NCBI RefSeq assembly: GCF_964213995.1
Contig: NC_135808.1
Location: 23,746,001 to 23,810,000, forward strand
Reading direction: 5' to 3'
DNA from: Mustelus asterias
Lineage: Eukaryota
Length of the DNA: 64,000 nucleotides
Within the stretch, counting starts at the first letter, position 1. Each line of letters opens with the position of its first letter. Shown here in pieces: positions 33,501 to 44,900 of the stretch. The position numbers and the translations under genes were made by a program. A model generated the notes under the pieces. That model had not been told where the DNA came from. It saw only the letters and a program-made list of their open reading frames with translations, and searched no databases.

Positions 33501-36500
33501 TTCAGGTGAGTGGGAATTCTGTTCACAAACAGAACTTATAAGACACAGACTCAATTTACATGAATAATGGTTGGAATGCGAATACTTACAACTAATCCAG
33601 TCTTTAAGAAACAAAACAATGGGAGTGGAGAGAGCATCAAGACAGGCTAAAAAGATGTGTCTTGTCTCCAGACAAGACAGCCAGTGAAACTCTGCAGGTC
33701 CACGCAACTGTGGGAGTTACAAATAGTGTGACATAAATTCTGATTCTAGGATCTCATGATAAAGACTCAGGAGGAAAAAAGCAGAAATATTTATGTGAAA
33801 TAGTGTGACATAAACCCAATATCCCGGTTGAGGCCGTCCTTGTGTGTGCGGAACCTGGCTATCAGTTTCTGCTCCGCGACTCTGCGCTGTCGTGTGTCGC
33901 GAAGGCCGCCTTGGAGAACGCTTACCCGAATATCAGAGGCCGAATGCCCGTGACCCCCAACAGGAAGTGCTCCCCAACAGGAAGAGAACAGTCTTGCCTG
34001 GTGATTGTCGAGCGGTGTTCATTCATCCGTTGTCGCAGCGTCTGCATAGTTTCCCCAATGTACCATGCCTCGGGACATCCTTTCTTGCAGCGTATCAGGT
34101 AGACAACGTTGGCCGAGTTGCAAGAGTATGTACCGTGTACCTGGTGGATGGTGTTCTCACGTGAGATGATGGCATCTGTGTCGATGATCCGGCACGTCTT
34201 GCAGAGGTTGCTGTGACAGGGTTGTGTGGTGTCTTGGTCACTGTTCTCCTGAAGGCTGGGTAGTTTGCTGCGGACAATGGTCTGTTTGAGGTTGTGCGGT
34301 TGTTTGAAGGCAAGAAGTGGGGGTGTGGGGATGGCCTTGGCGAGATGTTCGTCTTCATCAATGACATGTTGAAGGCTCCGGAGGAGATGCCGTAGCTTCT
34401 CCGCTCCGGGGAAGTACTGGACAACGAAGGGTACTCTGTCCACTGTGTCCCGTGTTTGTCTTCTGAGGAGGTCGGTGCGGTTTTTCGCTGTGGCGCGTTG
34501 GAACTGTTGATCAATGAGTCGAGCGCCATATCCTGTTCTTATGAGGGCATCTTTCAGCGTCTGGAGGTGTCTGTTGCGATCCTCCTCATCCGAGCAGATC
34601 CTGTGTATACGGAGGGCTTGTCCGTAGGGGATGGCTTCTTTAACGTGTTTAGGGTGGAAGCTGGAGAAGTGGAGCATCGTGAGGTTATCCGTGGGCTTGC
34701 GGTACAGTGAGGTGCTGAGGTGACCGTCCTTAATGGAGATGCGCGTGTCCAAGAATGCAACCGATTCCGGAGAGTAGTCTATGGTGAGCCTGATGGTGGG
34801 ATGGAACTTGTTGATGTCATCATAGAGTTGTTTCAGTGATTGTTCACCATGAGTCCAAAGGAAGAAAATGTCATCGATGTATCTAGTGTATAGCACCGGT
34901 TGAAGGTCCTGTGCGGTGAAGAAGTCTTGTTCGAACCTGTGCATGAAGATGTTGGCATATTGAGGTGCAAATTTGGTCCCCATGGCTGTTCCGTGTGTCT
35001 GGATGAAGTACTGGTTGTTGAAGGTGAGATCTCCCGCGTTGGAGATCTCGACTGCCTCCCGAAGATACACAAGGCAAACACACCCGGCCGTCCCATCGTA
35101 TCGGGCAATGGGACCCTGTGCGAGAACCTCTCCGGCTATGTCGAGGGCATCCTGAAACCCATTGTACAAAGAACCCCCAGCTTTTGTCGCGACACGACGG
35201 ACTTCCTACAGAAACTCGGCACACATGGAGCAGTTGAACCAGGAGCGCTCCTCGTCACAATGGATGTCTCAGCACTCTACACCAGCATCCCCCATGACGA
35301 TGGCATTGCTGCAACGGCCTCAGTGCTCAGCGCCAACAACTGCCAGTTTCCAGATGCAATTTTACATCTCATCCGCTTCATCCTGGACCACAATATCTTC
35401 ACCTTCAACAACCAGTTCTTCATCCAGACACACGGAACAGCCATGGGGACCAAATTTGCACCTCAATATGCCAACATCTTCATGCACAGGTTCGAACAAG
35501 ACTTCTTCACCGCACAGGACCTTCAACCGGTGCTATACACTAGATACATCGATGACATTTTCTTCCTTTGGACTCATGGTGAACAATCACTGAAACAACT
35601 CTATGATGACATCAACAAGTTCCATCCCACCATCAGGCTCACCATAGACTACTCTCCGGAATCGGTTGCATTCTTGGACACGCGCATCTCCATTAAGGAC
35701 GGTCACCTCAGCACCTCACTGTACCGCAAGCCCACGGATAACCTCACGATGCTCCACTTCTCCAGCTTCCACCCTAAACACGTTAAAGAAGCCATCCCCT
35801 ACGGACAAGCCCTCCGTATACACAGGATCTGCTCGGATGAGGAGGATCGCAACAGACACCTCCAGACGCTGAAAGATGCCCTCATAAGAACAGGATATGG
35901 CGCTCGACTCATTGATCAACAGTTCCAACGCGCCACAGCGAAAAACCGCACCGACCTCCTCAGAAGACAAACACGGGACACAGTGGACAGAGTACCCTTC
36001 GTTGTCCAGTACTTCCCCGGAGCGGAGAAGCTACGGCATCTCCTCCGGAGCCTTCAACATGTCATTGATGAAGACGAACATCTCGCCAAGGCCATCCCCA
36101 CACCCCCACTTCTTGCCTTCAAACAACCGCACAACCTCAAACAGACCATTGTCCGCAGCAAACTACCCAGCCTTCAGGAGAACAGTGACCAAGACACCAC
36201 ACAACCCTGTCACAGCAACCTCTGCAAGACGTGCCGGATCATCGACACAGATGCCATCATCTCACGTGAGAACACCATCCACCAGGTACACGGTACATAC
36301 TCTTGCAACTCGGCCAACGTTGTCTACCTGATACGCTGCAAGAAAGGATGTCCCGAGGCATGGTACATTGGGGAAACTATGCAGACGCTGCGACAACGGA
36401 TGAATGAACACCGCTCGACAATCACCAGGCAAGACTGTTCTCTTCCTGTTGGGGAGCACTTCAGCGGTCACGGGCATTCGGCCTCTGATATTCGGGTAAG

Positions 36501-39133
36501 CGTTCTCCAAGGCGGCCTTCGCGACACACGACAGCGCAGAGTCGCGGAGCAGAAACTGATAGCCAGGTTCCGCACACACAAGGACGGCCTCAACCGGGAT
36601 ATTGGGTTTATGTCACACTATTTCACATAAATATTTCTGCTTTTTTCCTCCTGAGTCTTTATCATGCGATCCTAGAATCAGAATTTATGTCACACTATTT
36701 GTAACTCCCACAGTTGCGTGGACCTGCAGAGTTTCACTGGCTGTCTTGTCTGGAGACAATACACATCTTTTTAGCCTGTCTTGATGCTCTCTCCACTCCC
36801 ATTGTTTTGTTTCTTAAAGACTGGATTAGTTGTAAGTATTCGCATTCCAACCATTATTCATGTAAATTGAGTCTGTGTCTTTATAAGTTCTGTTTGTGAA
36901 CAGAATTCCCACTCACCTGAAGAAGGGGCTCAGAGCCTCGAAAGCTTGTGTGGCTTTTGCTACCAAATAAACCTGTTGGACTTTAACCTGGTGTTGTTAA
37001 ACTTCTTACTGTGTTTACCCCAGTCCAACGCCGGCATCTCCACATCATAAATTAATAGGACATGAATAAACTTGAACAAATAGTTGGTGAATAAAGTTCA
37101 GCACAGAAAAACGTGAGGTATTTTTCAGTTAACGATGAATAGGGAGGGTTGAGGAACAAAGGGATCTTGATGTACAAATACACCAATCAGTAAACATAGA
37201 GTACAGGTTAGACAATAAACAAAATATAATCGAAAACCAGGTTTGATTTCTCGAGGGATAGAATTGTAAAGTAGGGATTTTATTGCTAAACCTGTATCAA
37301 ACCTTGGTTAGACCACATTTAAAGGCCGTGTGCAGTTCCGGTCACCATTTCATACAAAGGATATAGAGTCAGGGGAGAGAGTGGAGAGAAGATTTACAGA
37401 GATGATTCCAGAAATGAGTGGGTGGACATCTCAGGAAAGGATTGACCGGCTGGGTCTCTGCTCTCGGGAAAACAGAAGGCTGAGGGTTGATCTAATCGAG
37501 GATTTGAAATTAGGAAAGTTTTTTTTATAGACCAGACACATCGAGAGTGTTCCTCTTGTGGGAAGAGCATATCCAGTGGCCATCAATACAAGAAACCCAA
37601 TGGGGAATTCATGAGAAACCTCTTCACCCAAAGAGTGATGAGAATGTGGAGCTCGCTGCCACAGGGAGTGGCTGAACTGAACAGTATAGTTTAAGGGGAG
37701 GATAGACAAACAAATGAGGGACAGGGGAATAGAGTTAAAATGGTCGAATTAGATGAGGAATGATGGGAGGAGGCTCAAGTGGAACATAAATACCAGCATC
37801 AACTGGATGGGCCGAAAGGCCATTTTCTATGTTGTATATCCTGTGTTTCCTGATTCACTCTCACTCTGATTCTCTCTCACATTTCTATTTCTTTCTCTCT
37901 GATTCACTCTTTCATTCTGTCTCTCTGATCTTTCTCTGTCTCTCATTCTCTCTCTTCCTCACTCTTAGTTGCTCATCCTCTCTCTCATTCTCTCCCACTC
38001 GCTCACATTCTATTTCTCTCTGAGTCTCACTGTTCCCTCTCCCTGATTCACTCAGTCTCTCTGATTCTCTCTCTATAACAGAACCAAAGTCTCGCTCCCA
38101 GGTTGCTGTTACTGTCGGGATTGTGGTCGGGGTCCTCGTGCTCATCGCTCTCATCATTGTGGCTGTCGTCATCTACAACAAGAAAGGTAGGAATTGGAGG
38201 GAAAAGAGCGGTGGGTGAACTGTAGTGGATTCAGGCAGTCCGGGAGGCTAGAATTGATTTGTGCCATGACTAGCCTTTCGAATCATTTCATGATGGATGT
38301 CAGAGCCACCGGATGACAGCTCACTGGGGGCAGGGATTCTGGGAGAGTATTCCAGGGTGGCGGTGGCTCAGGCTGTGGGTCTCAGATTGGTGTGGGGGTG
38401 GGGATGGGGGGGGCTGGTGGTTGTACAGAGCGGGTGGAAGAGCTGCAGGTTTGGGATAGGGACGGTAAGGGGCTCATGATAAAGGGGGAGTGTCTGAGAA
38501 TTGTGGGAAGGACCTCAAATTGGGTGAGGAGTTCAGGGTATCAGTGAGGGCTCAGCTAAGAGTGAGGGTCTAGGGACAGGACGGGAGTGATGGTCCAGGG
38601 TCAGAGTGGGAGTGAGGGTCTTGTGTCAGGGTGGGAGTGAGGGTCTCGGGTTGTGGTGGGAGTGAGGGTTCAGAATTGTGTTGTCGGGGCTCAGTGCGAG
38701 CGAGAGTTCCAGCCTCTGTCTCTGATTTTCTCTCAGTCTCGTCACTCACTGAGCATTCCATGTTTTACAGGGAGAGGGAAGAGCAACTACAATCCTGCAA
38801 ATAGTAAGCTGATCATCAAACATTGTCCCTGTGCATTCTGTTTCAACGTTAGTTTGTGTGTGTGTGCGCGTGCATCGTCTGTTTGTGTGTGTGCGCGTGC
38901 GTGCATCATGCGTTTGTGTGTGGGTGTGCAGGCTTCTTTGTGTCACCGTTAGTATGGGTGTGTGAGAACCTCTTTTTTTCTCTGTGTCTCTCTATCTCTC
39001 TCATTCTCTCTTTATCATATCCACAGTCTCTGTCTCTGTCTCTCTGATGTTGAACAATTTTTTAACACCTCTCCTTCCTTTAACAGCTTCTGATGATGGG
39101 GATTCCTCATCCAGATCCTCCACAAGTACCTGA
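30508..39133 (+). CDS. MHC class I heavy chain gene B, complete, 343 aa (exons 30508-30556, 30856-31116, 31448-31720, 32166-32429, 38082-38186, 38771-38803, 39087-39133), probably non-classical
   Basis: Exon lengths 49+261+273+264+105+33+47 = 1032 nt, in frame, all GT-AG phase-1 introns; leader-alpha1-alpha2-alpha3-TM-cyt-cyt layout. An alternative in-frame ATG at 30493 would add MREAA. Confidence 0.95.
30856..31116 (+). CDS. Gene B alpha1 exon (261 nt)
   Basis: [38 protein letters not shown]...LMTRTNQTG, with the conserved N86 glycosylation sequon. Confidence 0.96.
31448..31720 (+). CDS. Gene B alpha2 exon (273 nt)
   Basis: [13 protein letters not shown]...WDGHDFLSFD...[17 protein letters not shown]; ccacag| and T|gtgagt borders. 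Confidence 0.96.
31713..32099 (+). repeat. 25-bp minisatellite, gene B intron 3 (about 15 copies)
   Basis: Same unit. Confidence 0.95.
32166..32429 (+). CDS. Gene B alpha3 exon (264 nt)
   Basis: LSCAVTGFYP...PNHDSSYQ...YSCRVEH; cag| and G|gtaag borders. Confidence 0.96.
35030..36630 (+). CDS. Penelope RT + GIY-YIG endonuclease, 5'-truncated but uninterrupted (about 530 codons)
   Basis: LPKIHK...GRPIVS...DVSALYTSI...GTAMG...RYIDD...C-xx-C...YIGET...RMNEH...H...GLN. Confidence 0.88.
36913..36951 (+). ncRNA. Minimal hammerhead-ribozyme-like motif in the Penelope terminal repeat (other copies 3159-3195 -, 3243-3279 +, 3482-3520 -, 6655-6691 +, 33471-33509 -, 41915-41951 -)
   Basis: CAC-CUGAAGA-A-[GGGGCU cag AGCCUC]-GAAA-GCUU-GUG; core and stem II pairing recur across copies. 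Confidence 0.6.
38082..38186 (+). CDS. Gene B transmembrane exon
   Basis: Same 105-nt sequence as gene A; AG/GT borders. Confidence 0.93.
38771..38803 (+). CDS. Gene B cytoplasmic exon 1
   Basis: GRGKSNYNPAN (YxxA); ttttacag| and A|gtaag. Confidence 0.87.
39087..39133 (+). CDS. Gene B last coding exon
   Basis: TSDDGDSSSRSSTST*; taacag| acceptor. Confidence 0.87.
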
Positions 39134-39559
39134 GGTATGAACTGTGTTGATAAATATTGGGAGCTGATCCTTCTAACTGGGATATTCCCGCTGGATTTAG
39201 CTGTACAATCTGGTGGGTGGGATGTGAGCTCAGTGTCTGTCTCTCGCTGTATCGTCACTAAAGAGCAGCTCATCCAATCCAACACTGAGCTTTGAGACTG
39301 GCCTTCTGGAGACGGCTGCTCCTGTACAGTCTGAGGGTGGAGACATTGTGGGTGTTGAGGTGTCGAGACATCCGGAAACATCTCACCCTGGACAGCCTCC
39401 TCTGAGCTGCTCAATTTCCTGAAGGAATTTGTAACTCCCAGACTTTTCCCTGAATTTGGTCACTGAGCTGTGCCGCTCCCACAGGTTTTTATTTCAGTCG
39501 TGTTTTGTGATGAGTCTGATCATTAGCTGGATGTTTGGGGTGTGCAGTAGAGTTTTGGA

Positions 39560-40178
39560 GTTCAGCTGGTGTTTGGGGCTCTGATGGGTTGAGCTGGTGT
39601 TTGGGGCTCTGATGGGTTCAGCTGGTGTTTGGGGCTCTGATGGGTTTAGCTGGTGTTTGAGGGTCCGATGGGTTTCGCTGGTGTTTGGGGATCTGATGGG
39701 TTTTGTTGGTGTTTGGGGCTCTGATGGGTTTTGCTGGTGTTTGGGGCTCTTGTGGGTTTAGCTGGTGTTTGGGGCTCTGATGGTTTAGCTGGTGTTTGGG
39801 GCTCTGATGGGTTTAGCTGGTGTTTGGGGCTCTTGTGCGTTTAGCTGCTGTTTGGGGCTCTGATGGGTTTCGCTGGTGTTTCGGGGGTCTGATGGGTTTT
39901 GCTGGTGTTTGGGGGTCTGTGTTTGGGGGTCTGATGGGTTTTGCTGGTGATTGGTGCTCTGATGGTTTAGCTGGTGTTTGGGGCTCTGATGGGTTTAGCT
40001 GGTGTTTGGGGCTCTTGGGGGTTTAGCTGGTGTTTTGGGCTCCAGAGGGTGTTGCTGTTGTTTGGGGCTCTTGTGGGTTTCGCTGCTGTTTGGGGCTCTG
40101 ATGGGTTTCGCTGGTGTTTCGGGAGTCTGATGGGTTTTGCTGGTGTTTGGGAGTCTGATGGGTTTTGCTGGTGTTTGT
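39560..40178 (+). repeat. 27-28-bp minisatellite downstream of the gene B stop (resumes at about 41096-41170 after a CR1 insertion; short copy in gene C at about 62450-62545)
   Basis: Same unit. Confidence 0.93.
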
Positions 40179-40181
40179 GGT

Positions 40182-41095
40182 CATAGAGTCATAGAGGTTT
40201 ACAGCATGGAAACAGGCCCTTCGACCCAACTTGTCCATGCCGCCCTTATATATTTTTTAAAACCCCTAAACTAATCCCAATTGCCCGCATTTGGCCCATA
40301 TCCCTCTATAACCATCGTACCCATGTAACTATCTAAATGCTTTTAAAAAGATAAAATTGTACCCGCCTCTACTACTACCTCTGGCAGCTTGTTCCAGACA
40401 CTCACCACCCTCTGTGTGAAAAAATTGCGCCTCTGGACAGTTTTGTATCTCTCCCCTCTCACCTTAAACCTATGCCCTCTAGTTTTAGACTCCCCTACCT
40501 TTGGGAAAAGATATTGACTATCTACCTTGTCTATGCCCCTCATTATTTTATAGACCTCCAGAAGGTCACCCCTTAGCCTCCTACACTCCAGAGAAAAAGT
40601 CCCAGTCTATTCAGCCTCTCCTCAAAACTCAATCCATCAAGTCCCGGTACCATCCTAGTAAATCTTTTCTGCACTCTTTCTAGTTTAATAATATCCTTTC
40701 TATAATAGGGTCAACAGAATTGCACACAGCATTCCAAGTGTGGCCTTACCAATTCCGTGTACAACTTCAACAAGACGTCCCAACTCCTGCATTCAATGTT
40801 CTGACCAATGAAACCAGGCATGCCGAATGCCTTCTTCACCACTCTGTCCACCTATGACTCCACTTTCAAGGAGCTATGAACATGTACCCCGAGATCTCTT
40901 TGTTCTGTAACTCTCCCCAACGCCCGACCATTAACTGAGTAACTCCTGCCCTGGTTCAATCTACCAAAATGCATTACCTCGCATTTGTCTAAATTAAACT
41001 CCATCTGCCATTCGCCGGCCCACTGGCCCAATTGATCAAGATCCCGCTGCAATTGGAGATAACCTTCCTCACTGTCCACCATGCCACCAATCTTG
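40182..41095 (-). mobile_element. CR1 3' fragment inserted in the minisatellite
   Basis: LQRDLDQLGQWA, TRGHRFKV; tail tcatagagtcatagag; same subfamily as 54470-55668. Confidence 0.9.
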
Positions 41096-41869
41096 GTCTG
41101 ATGGGTTTTGCTAGTGTTTGGGGTCTGCTGGGTTTAGCTGGTGTTTGGAGGTCTGATGGGATTTGCTGGTGGTGTGTGGTTGGAATGTTGAAGGATAGAA
41201 TATTTATGATTGACAGTGAGGCCATTCAGCCCATCATATCCCTTCCTGTTCATGAAGAACTCTCCTGCTTAATCTCACCTCCTGTACTCGATCTGTAGCT
41301 CTGTGGATCACAGCTCTTCGACTCGACGTCCAAGAATGGATCCAATGTGGTGAGAGTTTCTGCGTCTACCATCCTTTCAGACAGTGCTTCAGCTGTCGTC
41401 TGTCTGGTGTTGTTACAATTCTAGCAAAACCATTCTGCTGTCTGTCTCAACTGATGAAAGAAAAGCATGTTATGTACCTTCTTTACCAGGTAACTAACCT
41501 GTCCTGAAAACTTTCCCAATCTGTGGACACGCACTACTGGATCCCTCTGATCCTCCACATTACTCATTATCCTCCCATTTCTGGGGAATCCCTTTGCCTT
41601 GTTAATCCTCCCGAAATCCATCACCTCTCACTGCTCCGGACTGAATTCCATTTTCCAATGTTCTTCCCAACTGCCCAGGCCATCTCTATCTTCCTGCAAT
41701 CTGAAGCTTTCCTCTTCACTGACACCCGCACAGATAATATTTGTACCTCTGTAAACTTTTTTATCATTCCCGCTGCATTTGAATCTAAATGATTCACATG
41801 AACTACAAAAAGTGAGGGTGTGAGTGCTGGGTCCTGTGGAACCCCCACTGGTAACAAGAAGTCTTGTTT

Positions 41870-41987
41870 AGGTCTGAGAAGTCTCACAACATCAGGTTAA
41901 AATCCAATTCGGAATCACGAGCTTTCGGAGAACTGCTCCTTCATCAGATGAGTGATGGTCAGTCCAACGCCGGCATCTCCACATCAT
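41870..41987. mobile_element. Penelope-related terminal fragment with hammerhead-like motif
   Basis: agaagtctcacaacatcaggttaaa...gctttcggag...tcatcag...agtccaacgccggcatctccacatcat. Confidence 0.75.
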
Positions 41988-44900
41988 GGACATCATTCCA
42001 GTCGCAATCAACCCCTTACCCCTTTGCTTCCTGCCACTGAGCTAATTTGGGGTCTGATTTGTCAATGTCTCTTGGATCTCGATGAGTTTTACATTTCTGA
42101 CCAGCCTGCCATGTGGGACCTTGTCCAAAGCATGATTAAAATGCATGTTGACCATGTCCACCTCACTGCCCTCATCAACCCTCCTTCTCACCTCTTCCAA
42201 ATTTTCAGTCAGAAAGCTTGAGATGAGCTCCCCTTAAATCCACGCTAACTTTCCTCGACTAATCTGTGCCTTTCTCAATGAAGGTTTGTACCGTTCCCCA
42301 TAATTGGTTCCAATAATGTTCCCACTGCCGAAGTTACACTAACTGGTATATAATTACTCAGATTGTCCCTTCTCTTTTCAATCCATGGTGTAATGTTGGC
42401 AGTCATTTAATCTTCTTCCACACTCCTGCAGCCCGGGAGGAATGATTCTGATGATCAGAGCCTCTGCAATTCCCTCCTTTGCTTCTTTTAACCCGGTGAT
42501 TTACCATCTTTCAAAGTTATAAAATCCCTGAATACATCATCTCTTACAATGTTTATCTGATGCAGTAATTCACACACTTCTTTAAGTGCAATGTCAGCAT
42601 TGCTCCCTGTTTCCCAAAGACAGTGGCAATGTACTTATTCACAACCTCAACACATTCTCCCTCCTCTCTCACAGACTATCTTATTGGTCTCCGACAGGCC
42701 TTACTCTTTCCTTATCCTTTTCTCTCAGGTACTTAAAGAACATCCTTGGAGGTTCCTTGATTTTTCTTGCCAGTATTTTGTCGTGCCCCCTTTCCTTTCC
42801 CAGTATTCCTCTCTCTGTATCTCTTCCAGGTTTCTGCATTGTTCGGCGTGAGGGGTCTGATGGATTTTGCTGCTGGTTTTTGTGGGGGTCTGATGGGTTT
42901 TGTTGGGTGTGTTCCAGCTCTGCTGGCTTTGCCTCAGTTTTTCTTTCTCATCCCCAGTGCCCTCCAGTGCATTCCAGGGTTTGTAATCCAGGAACACCAG
43001 TTCCCAAGAACAGCAGCAGGAGAGGATGAGAGAATGAGGGAAGATGTGATTTCATCAAGGTGACAGCGACCGACTGATTCAAGCTCCACATATGTGATTC
43101 TGTTTAAATGGAACTGTGATGATGGTTTGGAATTAATTGCTATATCTGGAGCTGCACTTTCTGAGCTATTCTGATCTGAGCTGTTTATTCTGCACAGACA
43201 CTAGAGGGCGATCTTATGAAAAAATTCTATGTCCAGAAAGAGCATGAAAATGGGAGAGTTTCTGATCCGTCTTTCAGGCGAATCCAAATCGACAATCTTA
43301 TGCACTTGTTTCTCACCCTTGTAGGGGGGAGGGGGCAGGTCTTAAATAACCAGAATGCTGCCTGAAAGCAGCAGAGCACACCATTGCGCATGTGCAGGTC
43401 CCTCTGCTCTGAGCTGCAGAGAGACCTGTCACTCAGCCTCTGCTGCTTTCACCAGACCTCCATGGCCTAAACACGGACTCCCCAGCTGCCACGGCGGTCC
43501 GTGGCCTAATGCAACCCCTGATGGTCGGACCAATTGACCCGCGACACCCTACATGCCCGGACAGACCAAACCGCGCCTCTGGGACAGATTGAACCCTGTG
43601 ACCCCCCCCTCTCCCCGCAATTCGGACCGACTTTCCCTGTCCATCCCACCACCGATCGCAATGCAGTAGCCCCCGCTACTTCCCTCACTGATGGCAAATA
43701 CTTAGTGGCAGTAGCCCCCCCACACCTCAAATTGCAAATGCAGAGTGTGCAGCGCACCGCCCGCCCCCCCCCCCCCCCCGGCCCCCATCACCACAGGTTG
43801 GTCTCACCCCAGTAGAGCCCCCCTTCCAAATAATAAGGCTCCACACCCTTCCCACTCCCACTGTCTGGTGGGCACTTCCAAGATACCAGGCTCGGCACTG
43901 CCCACTAGGCACTCCCCCCAACTTCTCGGGGTGGCTTCAATGGCTTCTGGATCCACTAGCGAGGCATCGGGTCTGGTCCCTGTTGTGATTCTCGCTGGAG
44001 TGAACCTCTCCCGTGAGGCCACAGAGACGAGAGCCCAGATGATTGCGCCGCGGGCTCGCTCATTTTGTTCAAAACAGGTTTTAAATGTAGTCAAGTATTT
44101 TATTCAGCCTCGCGCCGCAATGTGTGAGAAATCGGGTGCGAATCTCATATGTATTGAACTCATGAATTCCAATATCTTCTGCCCTTTCCTGATTTTTTCT
44201 TTTAATGTCTGTTATTCATTGGTGAGTGTGGTTATGTCACATCCCCTCTTCCCAAGCACTCTGTCTGGGGAAATAACAAACATTATTGAAATATCAGAGC
44301 CTTTGTATCAAACTGTCATCGCGATCTGACATTTGGAGCTGCAGATAAGTTTCCCATTCTTGTCACTGTTGGAAATATTGTTACACTTTGCAATATTGGA
44401 CACAATTGTTACCTGTGTGTGTGTTATTAAAACAACAGAAAAGGTTTATTCTGCTCGGAGCTGAATGGGTTAATTCTAAATTAAAACACGTTCGGTGAAG
44501 GAATTCACTGTCACCGCGATTTTAAAAAGTGACTGGGTTACAATGTTTTCAGAGTAATGGCGGTTTCAGCAGAACAAAGATATTTCTTCAAGTCTTGTGG
44601 ATTCACCAATTCAAACTGGATATTTCCGAATAAAAATCTTGGAGAAAAATGGATTCGAAAATAAAGTCCCAAATGTTCCGCAGGGTGAGTTTTATGAAGA
44701 TTTTAAACACAAGACTAATCCATGAGCAATCGCCTTAAATTCAGCTCCTGAATTCGAAGTTACACCATCAAAGCTTTAAAAAAACGACCCCACTCTGACA
44801 GATGTGAATTTGTATCTGGATTAGAAATCTCGCATGTTTCACCCGTTTCAACAGAGTTTCATTGTAGCGGCAACAAGCTCCCAGTTTAAAAACTGTTAAA

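Larger units (their letters stand above)
33412..37046 (+). mobile_element. Young Penelope-like element with ~1.6-kb inverted arms, in gene B intron 4
   Basis: Minus arm about 33412-35027, plus body about 35028-37046; flanking direct repeat ataaattaat(ag) at 33402 and 37047. Confidence 0.95.

Noticed and set aside
34900-35029. N-terminus of the 576-aa ORF, and the 415-aa minus ORF 33922-35169, as full-length Penelope proteins
   Set aside because: Both run across the inversion junction, so their first residues are antisense sequence; the element is 5'-truncated
30508-39133. Assigning a gene symbol such as UAA, UBA, MR1 or CD1
   Set aside because: Lineage cannot be fixed without phylogeny; anchor losses argue against simply calling it classical UAA
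39001-39414. Similar minus-strand ORF recurring after each gene (MFPDVSTPQHPQCLHPQ...)
   Set aside because: Recurrence is explained by duplication of the gene unit; starts differ between copies and there are no supporting splice signals or domain
43205-44145. GC-rich island with 83-194 aa ORFs, possibly a MITE
   Set aside because: No recognisable domain, and I could not define convincing TIRs or a TSD
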